DNA of 64,000 nt from an uncultured Gemmatimonadales bacterium (lineage in GTDB: Bacteria; Gemmatimonadota; Gemmatimonadetes; Longimicrobiales; Gaopeijiaceae). The DNA is taken from NCBI GenBank assembly GCA_963823035.1, contig CAWGKG010000016.1, positions 39,765 to 103,764 on the forward strand, given 5' to 3'. This document shows, piece by piece, positions 1 to 9,635 of this stretch. A program made the translations under genes and the position numbers. The notes below the pieces were generated by a model. The model saw nothing but the letters and a program-made list of their open reading frames with translations. It searched no databases and had not been told where the DNA came from. Each line of letters begins with the position of its first letter. Within the stretch, counting starts at the first letter, position 1.

Positions 1-1
1 C

Positions 2-283
2 GTGGCGAACGTGACCACGCCCACGCTGCTCCTCCACGGGATGAGCGACAACACCGACACGGAGCCGCAGAGCATGATGTTCTTCCAGGCGCTCCGCGAT
101 CAGGGGAAGACCGTGCGCTACATCCGCTTCCCGCGCGAGCCGCACGGCTTCCGCGAGCCGCATCACCAGCGCATCCGCGACGTCGAGGAGATCCGCTGGA
201 TCCAGAAGTACGTGCGCGGCGTCGACTGGACGCCGTGGGAGCGGAAGGAGGAGAAGAAGGCGGAGGAGAAGGTCGTCTCCTGA
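2..283 (+). CDS. S9 (prolyl oligopeptidase family) peptidase, C-terminal part (5' truncated by window edge)
   Basis: PTLLLHGxxD and FPREPHGF motifs carry the catalytic Asp and His of S9 peptidases. Confidence 0.85.
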   Translation: MANVTTPTLLLHGMSDNTDTEPQSMMFFQALRDQGKTVRYIRFPREPHGFREPHHQRIRDVEEIRWIQKYVRGVDWTPWERKEEKKAEEKVVS

Positions 284-329
284 GGATGGAGTGATGGAAC
301 GCGGGCGCGACGTGGGGCGTCGAAGGTGC

Positions 330-1544
330 ATGGAGAATTCGATCCCCCGGACTCGCTTCCTGGGCGGCTGCGTGGCCGCCTGGCTCGTCGCAGCGGGTGC
401 CTGCGCGGACGCGGGCGCGGACGGGTCCGCAGGGTTCGTCGTGCGCGACTCCGCGGGCGTGCATATCGCCGAGACGACCCGTCCGTCCTCGCAGGCCGCG
501 GGCTGGTCCGTCGGCGACATCCTCTTCACGATCGGGGGCGGCGAGGACGCCGACCTGTTCGACGTGGCGGGAGGCGTCCTCCTCTCCGGCGGTGACGTCG
601 CCGTGGCCGTGGGCGGGACGTCCCAGGTGCGCTTCTACGACGGGAGCGGGGCCCTCCGCGGCGCCTTCGGCGGACGGGGCGACGGCCCCGGCGAGTTCCG
701 CCTCCTCGCCGGGATCGGGCGGGCCGCGGGCGACACCGTGTGGGCCTACGACTACGGGGCGGCGCGCGTCGGCCTGCTGACGCCGGAGGGCGGCGTGATC
801 CGCTCCGTCACGCTGCGGCCCCCGCTCGGAGCCGGGATCGTCGTGGGCCGGCGGACGGACGGGGCTTTCGTGGTCGGGCAGCTCTGGGGTTCGCCGCCGG
901 CCGGCGCGGCGGACGTGGAGGGGCTGGTGCGGGAGGCGTCCGTCTACGCCCGCTACGCTCCGGACGGCTCGCTCCTGGACACGATCGGGCTCTTCCCCGG
1001 ACGCGAGGTCGTCCATCGGCTGGAGGGCACGCGCATGACGATGGGCGTGGCGCCCTTCGCCCGGAGCTCCAGCCACGCCCTCCTCGGGGACGACCTCGTG
1101 GTGGGCGATCAGGTGCGCACGGAGCTGTCCGTCGTCGGGGCCGGCTCGACGCTGCGCGTCCGGTGGAGCGGGCCTCCGCTCGACGTGACCCACGACGAGG
1201 TGGCGGCGTGGAAGGAGGCACAGGTCGCCGCCGCGGAGGCGGCCGATCGCCCGTCCGTGCGCGCCTACCTCGCGGACGTCCCCGTCCCGGAGCGGCGTCC
1301 GGCCTACGGCGCCTTCCTCGTGGGAACCGCCGGCACCCTCTGGGTGGCCGAGGCCTCCGGCCCGGGTGAGGACGCGACGCGCTGGAACGTGTTCGACGCC
1401 GAGGGACGCGGGCTCGGCACGGTCGACATGCCCGACCGCTTCCGCCTTCTCGACGTGGCCGAGGAGCGGGTGCTCGGTGTGGCGCGGGACGCGCTGGACG
1501 TCGAGCGCGTGGAGGTCCGGCGCCTCGTCCGCGCGCCCGGGTGA
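330..1544 (+). CDS. Exported 6-bladed beta-propeller protein (start could be 294)
   Basis: Lipoprotein-like N-terminus (LVAAGAC), VRDSAGV, GGRGDGPGEF motif, WNVFDAEGR and RDALDVERV C-terminus typical of this family. Confidence 0.7.
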   Translation: MENSIPRTRFLGGCVAAWLVAAGACADAGADGSAGFVVRDSAGVHIAETTRPSSQAAGWSVGDILFTIGGGEDADLFDVAGGVLLSGGDVAVAVGGTSQVRFYDGSGALRGAFGGRGDGPGEFRLLAGIGRAAGDTVWAYDYGAARVGLLTPEGGVIRSVTLRPPLGAGIVVGRRTDGAFVVGQLWGSPPAGAADVEGLVREASVYARYAPDGSLLDTIGLFPGREVVHRLEGTRMTMGVAPFARSSSHALLGDDLVVGDQVRTELSVVGAGSTLRVRWSGPPLDVTHDEVAAWKEAQVAAAEAADRPSVRAYLADVPVPERRPAYGAFLVGTAGTLWVAEASGPGEDATRWNVFDAEGRGLGTVDMPDRFRLLDVAEERVLGVARDALDVERVEVRRLVRAPG

Positions 1545-1624
1545 GGCCATGCCCGACCCGACGGGAACGGCCGGCCGCGCTCGGGGGTTGTGACGCGGGA
1601 GCCGAACCGAACGGGAGGCGAGGG

Positions 1625-2174
1625 ATGAGCGAGGAGAAGCGCACCGAGGTGGCCACGCTGGGCGGCGGGTGCTTCTGGTGCCTGGAGGCCGTGTACGAGC
1701 GGGTCGAGGGCGTGACGGGCGTGCGGTCGGGCTACGCCGGTGGCGACCGGCCGAACCCGTCGTACCAGGAGGTATGCTCGGGGAACACCGGCCACGCGGA
1801 GGTGGTCGAGGTGCGCTTCGACCCGGACACGATCGGCTATCGGGACGTCCTGGAGATCTTCTTCGCGATCCACGACCCGACCACGCTCAACCGCCAGGGC
1901 GGGGACGTCGGCACGCAGTACCGATCCGTGATCTTCCACCACTCCGACGAGCAGAAGGTGGTCGCCGAGGCGGTGGTGCGCGATCTGGAGGCCGAGGGCG
2001 TGTGGGACGCGCCCATCGTGACCGACATCGAGCCCCTCGACACCTTCTGGCCAGCCGAGGACTACCACCGAGAGTACTTCCGGCGGAACCCGTCGCAGCC
2101 CTACTGCCAGGTGGTGGTGGCGCCGAAGGTCGGGAAGTTCAGGCAACGCTTCGCGCATCGGTTGCGGGACGTAG
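1625..2174 (+). CDS. msrA: Peptide-methionine (S)-S-oxide reductase MsrA (stop displaced by a probable 1-nt insertion near 2165-2168)
   Basis: GGCFWC, GHAEVV, HDPTTLNRQGGDVGTQYRS and AEDYH motifs; removing one G gives CGG ACG TAG with the stop at 2172-2174. Confidence 0.95.
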
Positions 2175-2179
2175 GAGCG

Positions 2180-2611
2180 TCAGCTCCCCTGCAGCGCCCC
2201 CAGGCGCGCCTCGATGTCGCGGAAGCGGTCCTCCGCCTCGGGAAAGCCGACGAGCATCCCGCCGCCCGGCGCGATGAGCGAGAACAGGGTGCGCGCCTTC
2301 TCGAAGCTCGTCCGCGCGTCGTCCGCCCGCTCCTCCACCTCCGCCTCGAGCCCGTCCAGATAGAGCAGCTCGGCGATGAGCCAGCAGCGTCCCGGCTCGA
2401 CCTCGCCGCTGGGCGCCACCAGCATGTGGAGGGTGTCGCCGGACAGGCCCCGGATCACGTCGAGGTCGAAGCCGCTCCGTCCGGCGAGCGCCTGGAGGTC
2501 CTCCTCGATCCGCGCCGGCGTGGTGCGCCGCCCCAGGATCCGGTTGCGCATGGCGATGAGCGCGCCGCCTATCTGCTCGATCATCCTGAGGATGTAGTCG
2601 CGTCGCTCCAT
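2180..2611 (-). CDS. Hypothetical protein, DUF6483-like
   Basis: N-terminal RRDYILRMIEQIG motif; helical 143-aa ORF with an upstream GGAGG RBS. Confidence 0.6.
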   Translation of the reverse strand: MERRDYILRMIEQIGGALIAMRNRILGRRTTPARIEEDLQALAGRSGFDLDVIRGLSGDTLHMLVAPSGEVEPGRCWLIAELLYLDGLEAEVEERADDARTSFEKARTLFSLIAPGGGMLVGFPEAEDRFRDIEARLGALQGS

Positions 2612-2691
2612 CCGTACCGCCTCCCAAAGGTCCTCGAGGAGCATGGCGAGGGGTGCCGCCGGGGGCAATGGGGTGCGCCCGGCGCGCTGCC

Positions 2692-2707
2692 TGGCATCGG
2701 TCCTGCA
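2692..2707 (+). promoter_or_regulatory. Putative sigma54 (-24/-12) promoter
   Basis: TGGCATCGGTCCTGCA has exact GG-N10-GC spacing and is close to the TGGCAC-N5-TTGC consensus; it lies upstream of the 2832 gene. Confidence 0.6.
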
Positions 2708-2831
2708 TGAGATGCGCATAAGAGACGTGAACGCGAAGGAGGGACCGTGTGGGGGCGGAACTTCCGGGGGAACGACGGGATACACCCGCATACCCTAGAC
2801 GCGAAACCACTCCCCAATGGAAGGTGATCCT

Positions 2832-3263
2832 ATGCCCAAGCCCCCGGGCAACCTCGTCGTGAAGTGGCGAGAACTGGCCGAAGAGGGCTACCTGTACGCC
2901 GAGATCTCCCGCATGTATCCGGGTTATTCGGTAGATCAGGTCAGGCACTACTGCCTGGGCCACACCGGCCGTGGCATTCCCGGGCCGGTGCAGCGGGTCG
3001 ACCGCTGGTACGGCTCCAACGTGTGGTTGCGCGGGCCGAACTCGCCGCACGCGCAGCTCACCGAGACCCAGGCTCGCAAGGTGCTCGACGACTGGGACGA
3101 CGAGCTGGACCGCTGGGGCCTGCCCGGAGCCGAATGGGCCCGCCGCCTCAAGGTCTCTCCGTCGACCATCTACATGCTTCGTCGCGGCGAGACGTGGTCC
3201 CACCTGGAGCATCCGAACCAGGGTCGCAAGTCCAAGAAGCGGAAGCGTAAGCGGAAGAAATAG
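2832..3263 (+). CDS. Tandem helix-turn-helix protein with polybasic C-terminal tail
   Basis: RBS GGAAGGTG; second module RGPNSPHAQLTETQ...WARRLKVSPSTIYMLRRGETWSHL; tail RKSKKRKRKRKK. Confidence 0.7.
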   Translation: MPKPPGNLVVKWRELAEEGYLYAEISRMYPGYSVDQVRHYCLGHTGRGIPGPVQRVDRWYGSNVWLRGPNSPHAQLTETQARKVLDDWDDELDRWGLPGAEWARRLKVSPSTIYMLRRGETWSHLEHPNQGRKSKKRKRKRKK

Positions 3264-3402
3264 TCTCCGCCGGCGTCGTCACGCGGTGCGCCACCCCGGT
3301 CCTCTCGTAGGATCGGGGCTTCGCGCGTATTCTCCGTTCGAGCTCTCCCCCAGTCCGACCCGCTCGCCTGGCACCGGGTACGGTGCCTCGGAGGATCGAC
3401 CC

Positions 3403-5016
3403 ATGGACCGCCGCACGCTCGTCGCCGTCGCTCTGGCACTTCTCTCCATCGCGCCCGGCGCCTGCGGCCGCTCCTCGGCCGAGGTCGCGGATGTGCTACT
3501 CCTCGGAGGGTCGGTGCTGGACGGCACCGGGTCCGCGGCCGTCCACCAGGACGTCGCCGTCGTCGCGGACCGCATGTCGTTCCTCGGCGATGCTGCGGCC
3601 GCGGCGCTGCAGGCAAAGGACACCGTGGACGTGTCGGGGCTGCTCGTCGTGCCCGGCTTCATCGACATGCACTCCCATGCGGAGCTGGACGAGCCCTACG
3701 GGCGTGCGGGGAAGGCCTTCCTGTTCCAGGGCGTCACCACGGTGGCGAAGGGTGTGGACGGCGACGGCGACAGCGACGTCTCCGATCAGATGGCCCGCTG
3801 GACGGAGGAGGGCATCGGCCTGAACGCCTTCACCTACGTGGGGCACAACACGATCCGCCGCTCGGTCATGGGAATGGTCGACCGCGCGCCCACTGCCGCG
3901 GAGATGGAGGCGATGAAGGCGCGGGTGCGTCAGGCCATGGAGGAGGGCGCGCAGGGGCTCTCGAGCGGGCTGTTCTACCTCCCGGGCAACTACGCGACCA
4001 CCGAGGAGGTGATCGAGCTCAACCGGGTCGCGGCGGCCTACCCGGGCGCCATCTACGACACGCACGACCGGGATCTGGGCGCGGCGTATCCATCCTTCGG
4101 ATACCTGAACTCCGTGGCGGAGGGCATCCGCATCGGCGAGGAGGCGGGCACCAAGGTCATCTTCAGCCACTTCAACCCGCAGGGCGCCCAGAACTACGGC
4201 CGCGCGCCCGAGGGCGCCGCGCTCATCGAGGCGGCGCAGGCGCGCGGGGTCGACGTGCAGGCCGCGCAGCACGTCTACACGGCGACGCAGTCCAACCTCC
4301 GCTCCTACACGGTGCCCGGGTGGGCGGTGGCGGGCGGGGACACGGCGATGGTGCGCCGGTTCGACACGCCGGACACCCTGGCCCTGATCGACCGTCAGAC
4401 CCGGGAGATGCTCGCGATCCGGGGCGGCGCGGAGAAGCTCCTCTTCGCGGATCCGCGCCCCGAGCTGAACGGGCACACCCTCGCGGAGGTGGCGACGTCG
4501 TGGGGGATGTCCGCTCCGGCCGCCGCGCGGCGCATCCTCAGGGAGCGCAACGCCTCGGTGATGAACCTCGACCTGTACGACGTCGAGAACACGCGCTACC
4601 TGGCGCGGAAGCCGTGGATGATGACCTGCACGGACGGGCGCGATCCCGGACCGGGCCAGGCGGTCACGCACCCGCGCGTCTTCGGCGCCTTCAGCAAGAA
4701 GCTGCGCGATTTCGCGCTCGACGACACCGTGATCTCGCTCCCCTTCGCCGTGCGCTCGATGACCGGGCTCGCGGCGGACTTCCTCGGGTGGACCGACCGC
4801 GGCTACCTGCGCGTCGGGTACGCCGCGGACCTCGCCGTGCTCGATCCGGCTCGCGTGCGTGACCGGGCCACCTACGAGCAGCCCCAGCAGTACGCCGAGG
4901 GCACCGTCCACGTGCTCGTGAACGGCGTGTTCGCCGTCCGGGACGGCGTCGCGACGGAGGCGCTGGCCGGCGTTCCCGTCCTTCGGGGTGGGGCCGTCTT
5001 CAAGCGAGCGCCCTGA
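3403..5016 (+). CDS. N-acyl-D-amino-acid deacylase (amidohydrolase family), probable lipoprotein
   Basis: PGFIDMHSH, GLSSGLFYLPG, HPRVFGAF, ADLAVLDP and VLVNG motifs; lipobox-like APGAC. Confidence 0.9.
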   Translation: MDRRTLVAVALALLSIAPGACGRSSAEVADVLLLGGSVLDGTGSAAVHQDVAVVADRMSFLGDAAAAALQAKDTVDVSGLLVVPGFIDMHSHAELDEPYGRAGKAFLFQGVTTVAKGVDGDGDSDVSDQMARWTEEGIGLNAFTYVGHNTIRRSVMGMVDRAPTAAEMEAMKARVRQAMEEGAQGLSSGLFYLPGNYATTEEVIELNRVAAAYPGAIYDTHDRDLGAAYPSFGYLNSVAEGIRIGEEAGTKVIFSHFNPQGAQNYGRAPEGAALIEAAQARGVDVQAAQHVYTATQSNLRSYTVPGWAVAGGDTAMVRRFDTPDTLALIDRQTREMLAIRGGAEKLLFADPRPELNGHTLAEVATSWGMSAPAAARRILRERNASVMNLDLYDVENTRYLARKPWMMTCTDGRDPGPGQAVTHPRVFGAFSKKLRDFALDDTVISLPFAVRSMTGLAADFLGWTDRGYLRVGYAADLAVLDPARVRDRATYEQPQQYAEGTVHVLVNGVFAVRDGVATEALAGVPVLRGGAVFKRAP

Positions 5017-5121
5017 CTGGGCTTTCCCCCACATCGACTTCAGCCGATTCCCGATGGCTCGCGAACCTCCCGCGGGGGCAGTCTCCAAGAGCTGCTGGGG
5101 CACCCGAGCAGGAGGCGTGTC

Positions 5122-5589
5122 ATGCCGGTCGATCGACTGCGGAAGTACCTCGAGGAGAACCACGTCGAGTACATGACGGTTTCGCACTCGCCGGCCTTCA
5201 CGGCCCAGGAGATCGCCGCCAGGGCCCACGTGCCGGGGAAGGACGTGGCCAAGACCGTGATGGTCAAGCTCGACGGTCGCATGGCCATGGTCGTCCTTCC
5301 GGCGCCCGACAAGGTGAGCGCCGCCCGACTCAAGGAGGTCAGCGGCGCCAGCGTCGTGGAGCTCGCCACCGAGCGGGAGTTCGCGGAGATCTTCCCGACC
5401 TGCGAGGTGGGGGCCATGCCCCCCTTCGGGAACCTGTGGGGGATGGACGTCTACGCCGACGCCCAACTGTGCGCGGACGAGGAGATCATGTTCAACGCGG
5501 GGAGCCACACCGAGCTGGTGAAGCTGTCCTTCGCTGAGTTCGAGCGCCTGGTCCGACCGCGCGTGGCCGCGCTCTCTACGCGGGACTAG
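5122..5589 (+). CDS. YbaK/EbsC-family aminoacyl-tRNA deacylase
   Basis: HSPAFTAQEIA, VAKTV, GAMPPFG and FNAGSHTE motifs; RBS AGGAGG. Confidence 0.9.
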   Translation: MPVDRLRKYLEENHVEYMTVSHSPAFTAQEIAARAHVPGKDVAKTVMVKLDGRMAMVVLPAPDKVSAARLKEVSGASVVELATEREFAEIFPTCEVGAMPPFGNLWGMDVYADAQLCADEEIMFNAGSHTELVKLSFAEFERLVRPRVAALSTRD

Positions 5590-5592
5590 CCG

Positions 5593-5916
5593 CTAGGAGC
5601 CGTCATCCCCCACGTGGGGCTCGGGCTCGGCGTCGGGGGGCATCAGGCGCGGCGGCGGCTGGCCCAGGGGCGTGGCGCCGCTCAGCAGTTGCTCCTGGAA
5701 GTCGAGGCGTGCGTCCAGGTTGTGGAGCTGCAGCGACATCTCCGCCATCTCGGCGCGCAGGGCGGACATCTCCCGGTCACGGAGCGCGCCGGCCGGCGGC
5801 GACTCCTCGGCTCCAAGCTTGCGGACGAGCCACTGCGACAGCAGCGTGCCGGCCGCGCCGATGGCGCCGCCGGCCACGAAAACAGCCGCGAGTCCGACCC
5901 AGATCTCCGGACCCAT
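5593..5916 (-). CDS. Small membrane protein with coiled-coil tail
   Basis: N-terminal TM segment (IWVGLAAVFVAGGAIGAAG) then an amphipathic helix (LHNLDARLDFQEQLL). Confidence 0.6.
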   Translation of the reverse strand: MGPEIWVGLAAVFVAGGAIGAAGTLLSQWLVRKLGAEESPPAGALRDREMSALRAEMAEMSLQLHNLDARLDFQEQLLSGATPLGQPPPRLMPPDAEPEPHVGDDGS

Positions 5917-5977
5917 AAGCCCTTCACTCCTCTCCCCGGGGGCCGGACCTCCATGACGAGGCCGGCTTTCCCTCCAC

Positions 5978-6003
5978 GACGACACCGCGGTCGGGGAAGT
6001 TTC
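5978..6003 (-). promoter_or_regulatory. Possible ECF sigma promoter
   Basis: Minus strand GAAAC-N17-CGTC upstream of the 5916 gene. Confidence 0.35.
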
Positions 6004-6022
6004 GGCGCCTACGGTGTCCCGG

Positions 6023-7587
6023 CTACCGCACGCGCTCCAGGAAGGCCGGCTCCGCCGAGCGCCAGATCGTGCGCAGGCGCGCGTCCGCCTCGGCGGCCAC
6101 GTCCGCCTGTCCCGCCTGGTCCGCGGCGATCGCGAGGCCCATCAGGTCGAGCGTACGGCCGGGTGTGAGCTCGAGCGCCTTCCGGAAGGCCGCGACGGCC
6201 TCCGCGGCCTGCCCCTCCTCGAGGAGGACCTCGCCCAGGAGCTCGTGGGGCGGCTTGAGGCTGGCGGGCGGACCGAACTCGAAGGGAAGCGACGTCTCGA
6301 GCTCGGCGGCGTCCCGGAGCAGGGCGACGGCCCGATCGCCGTCACCGTCCTCCACGGCGAGCAGCGCGCCGATCTCCATCTCACGGATACGCGCTCGCGG
6401 CGCGTCGACGCCCGCCGACTCCCGCAGACGGGTCATCTTCTCGAGGAGCGCCGCGGCACCGTCCCGGTCGCCGCGCTTCACGGCGGCGTAGGCGCTCACG
6501 AAGTCGTACGCGTGGCGGTCGGGCGCGTTCTCGGGGAGGTCGGCCGCGAACCGATCGGCCTCGGCCCAGTCCTCCGTGTCGAGCACGTGCCGCCCACGCA
6601 TGTCGACGTAGTAGGCGATCTCGTCGGGTCCCGCGCCGGAGCGCACCCGCTCCAGGCAGGCCTGCATCCCCGCCGCGGCGTCCTGCGGCCTTCCCTGCAT
6701 GAGCCAACCGTAGTGCAGCCAGGACGTGTAGTGGCCGCACACGTTGGGCGGGCGGCCCAGCTCGGCCAGGCGCGCGTTCTGCACGTCGCGGGCCCGGATG
6801 TTGGCGGTGACGACGTCGTCCCACATCCCCATGGCCACGAAGATGTGCGAGGTCATGTGCTGGGCGTGGGCCGCGCCCGGCGCGATGTCCGCGTACGCGC
6901 GGGCGGCGGCCAGGCCGAGCGGGGCGTGCACCGGATCGTCGTAGGAGTGGATGAGGTAGTGCGCGGCGCCCGGGTGGCGCGGATTGGCGTCGAAGACCGT
7001 CTGGGCGACGGCGGCCGCGCGCAGGTAGGTCGCGAAGTCGCGCTCGCCGTCGCGGGTGCCGAGGATCGAGAGCGCGTAGAACGCCCGGGCCTCGAGGTCT
7101 CCGGGGTACCGCCTCGGACAGCCGCTTCATCGCCTCCATGTAGCGGCGGTCCCGTTCCGCCTTGTCCGCCCGCGCCGTAGAGCAGGTCCACGGCCTCGAG
7201 GTAGCCCCGCTCCCGCTCCGTGGGGGCACGCTCGGCGCGCGCCTCGGGGGTGGGCGCGTAGCGCGCGAGCGCCGTGCGCGCCGCGTCACCGTCCTGCTGG
7301 CGCCAGAGCGGGTGGTTGTACGTCATCGCCTCGCCCCAGTAGGCCAGCGCGAAGGTGGGGTCGGCCTTCTGGGCGGCCTGGAACGCGGTGGCGGCGTCCT
7401 CGAACTCGAAGGAGTGCAGGAGGAGCACGCCGCGCACGAAGGGGCCCTGGGCGGACGGCGCGCCGGAGTTGGGGAAGTCGATCGTGCCGAGGCGGCTCTC
7501 CTGGGCGCGCGCGGAGCCGGCCACGAGGAGAGCGAGCGCGAGGGCGAGCGTGGCGCTGGTCCACCTACCGTGCGAGGGCGCGTACAT
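6023..7587 (-). CDS. Exported TPR-containing protein (frameshifts near 7170 and 7105)
   Basis: Signal peptide; LGTIDFPNSG, GVLLLHSFEF, HPGAAHYLIHSYDD and HAQHMTSHIF motifs; C-terminal TPRs; joined from three frames. Confidence 0.8.
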
Positions 7588-7745
7588 GAGGGCTCCTGGG
7601 CGGGACGACGGGGGCGGGAGGGTCCACCCGCGCATCCCATCCGGTAAGCCCCGGGGCCGCGGGCCGCAAGGAGAGCGGGCTGGCGCGCGCGCGCCGGGCG
7701 CTGTTGGTTGGAAGCTCTGCGAACCGAATCGACCGGGAGGGGGAC

Positions 7746-8452
7746 GTGGATCTCCACGTGGGAACGAGCGGCTACAGCTACAAGGAGTGGAAGGGGCCCT
7801 TCTACCCCGAGGACCTCGCCGCGGGCGACATGCTCCGCTACTACGCGGAGCGGCTGGCGAGCGTCGAGATCAACAACACCTTCTACCGCCTGCCGAAGAC
7901 GTCCGTCCTGGAGTCGTGGGCGGAGCAGGTGGGCGATGGCTTCCGCTTCTCCATCAAGGCGTCGCAGAAGATCACGCACCGCAAGCGCCTCAAGGAGGCC
8001 GGCGACGAGACCGCCTACCTGGTGCGACACCGTGCGCGCGCTCGGCGCCAAGCTCGGCGTGCTGCTCTTCCAGCTTCCGCCCAACCTGAAGAAGGACGTG
8101 GAGCGTCTGCGCGCCTTCTTCGACCTTGCTTCCCGCCGACGTCCCGACGGCCTTCGAGTTCCGCCACGAGAGCTGGAGGGACGACGAGGTGTACGACGTG
8201 CTGCGCGGGCGTGGTGCGGCCCTGTGCTGCGCGGACACGGACGCCACCGACGACGACGAGCCCATCGTGTCGACGGCGCCCTTCGGCTACCTGCGCCTTC
8301 GCCGGCCCGGCTACGACGCCGCGGACCTGGCGCGGTGGGCGGAGGCGGTGCGCGCCCAGCCGTGGGAGCGTGCGTTCGTCTTCTTCAAGCACGAGGACGA
8401 GGGGGCGGGACCCCGCATGGCGATGGAGTTCCGGGAGATCGCGCGGGGGTAG
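7746..8452 (+). CDS. DUF72 (YecE-like) protein (frameshifted)
   Basis: VGTSGYSYKEWKGPFYP, VEINNTFY, LFQLPP, AFEFRHESW and YLRLR motifs across frames. Confidence 0.9.
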
Positions 8453-8650
8453 GGCCGGAGGCGGGGCAACCCTCCGCGCACGCTCCGCATCGAACCTGAT
8501 CTGGGTGGGGACGGAGGTCCGGAGGACCTCCAGGGGGGCGAGAGGCCGGCTGCCCGATCCAAGCGGGGCGCGCATGCGACCCCGTCACTTCGCACGGTGT
8601 GCACCGCGTCGGGCTGCCCGGCGCGGTGTATCCTTTTTCGGGGAGTCGGC

Positions 8651-9635
8651 ATGATCTCTGTCGAGGCCGTGACGAAGCGGTACGGCGACCTGGTCGCCGT
8701 GGACGCGCCTGACGTTCGAGGTGGACCGGGGAGAGGTGGTGGGCTTCCTCGGGCCCAACGGCGCCGGAAAGACCACCACCATGCGCATGCTCACGGGCAC
8801 GCTGCAGCCCGACGAAGGCGAGGTTCGCTTCGAGGGCGCTCCCATCGCGCGGGACCTCACCGCCGCGAAGCGGCGCGTGGGCTACCTTCCGGAAGCGAAT
8901 CCGCTGTACGACGAGATGCTCGTCGCCGAGTACCTCGAGTACGTCGCGGAGCTGCGCCGGCTCTCGGGGCCCGAGCTGCGCTCGGGGATGGCGGACGCGG
9001 TCGACGAGACCGACATCGCGGACGTCTTCTACCGCCCGGTGGGAGAGCTCTCCAAGGGCTACCGGCAGAGGATCGGGCTCGCGGCCGCGATCCTGCACCG
9101 GCCCGAGGTGCTCATCCTCGACGAGCCCACCGAGGGGCTCGACCCGAACCAGCGCGTGGAGATCCGCCGTCTGGTGGGCGCCCTGGGGCGAGAGCGGACC
9201 GTCCTGCTCAGCACGCACGTGATGCAGGAGGTCGAAGCCACGTGCTCGCGCCTGATCATCCTGCGGCGCGGCAGCCTGGCCGCCGACGGCAGCGTGCAGG
9301 ACCTGCTGGCGGCCGGGAAGGGGGCGGCCCGCTACGTCGTGGAGGCCGAGGGAGAAGGCGTCGCGGCAGCGCTGGCCGGCCTTCCCGGGGTGAGCGCGCA
9401 CGAGGCCCGGTTGGTGGACGGGCGCACGCGCGTGAGCCTCGACGCACCGGGCGACGACGAGCTCCGCCCCTCGATCTTCGGCCTCGCGCGCGACCGGGGG
9501 TGGACGCTGTGGGAGCTGCATCGCGAGCGCGCGAGCCTGGAGCAGCTCTTCCGCGACCTGACGTCGGAGCCGGCGGCCGGAGGCGCGGGCCCCGCTGCCG
9601 AAGCGACCGCAGCGGACGAGGAGGTGGCCCGATGA
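8651..9635 (+). CDS. ABC transporter ATP-binding protein, GldA-like (frameshift near 8710)
   Basis: Walker A GPNGAGKTT, signature LSKGYRQR, Walker B LILDEPT. Confidence 0.9.

Noticed and set aside
1541..2710. Apparent 389-aa MsrA with a novel C-terminal extension
   Set aside because: The extension is the antisense of the 2180-2611 gene; removing one G near 2165-2168 restores a normal stop at 2172-2174.
3403..5589. D-aminoacylase next to a YbaK deacylase as a D-amino-acid quality-control module
   Set aside because: The amidohydrolase looks exported while YbaK is cytoplasmic; they are about 105 bp apart with no evidence of coupling.
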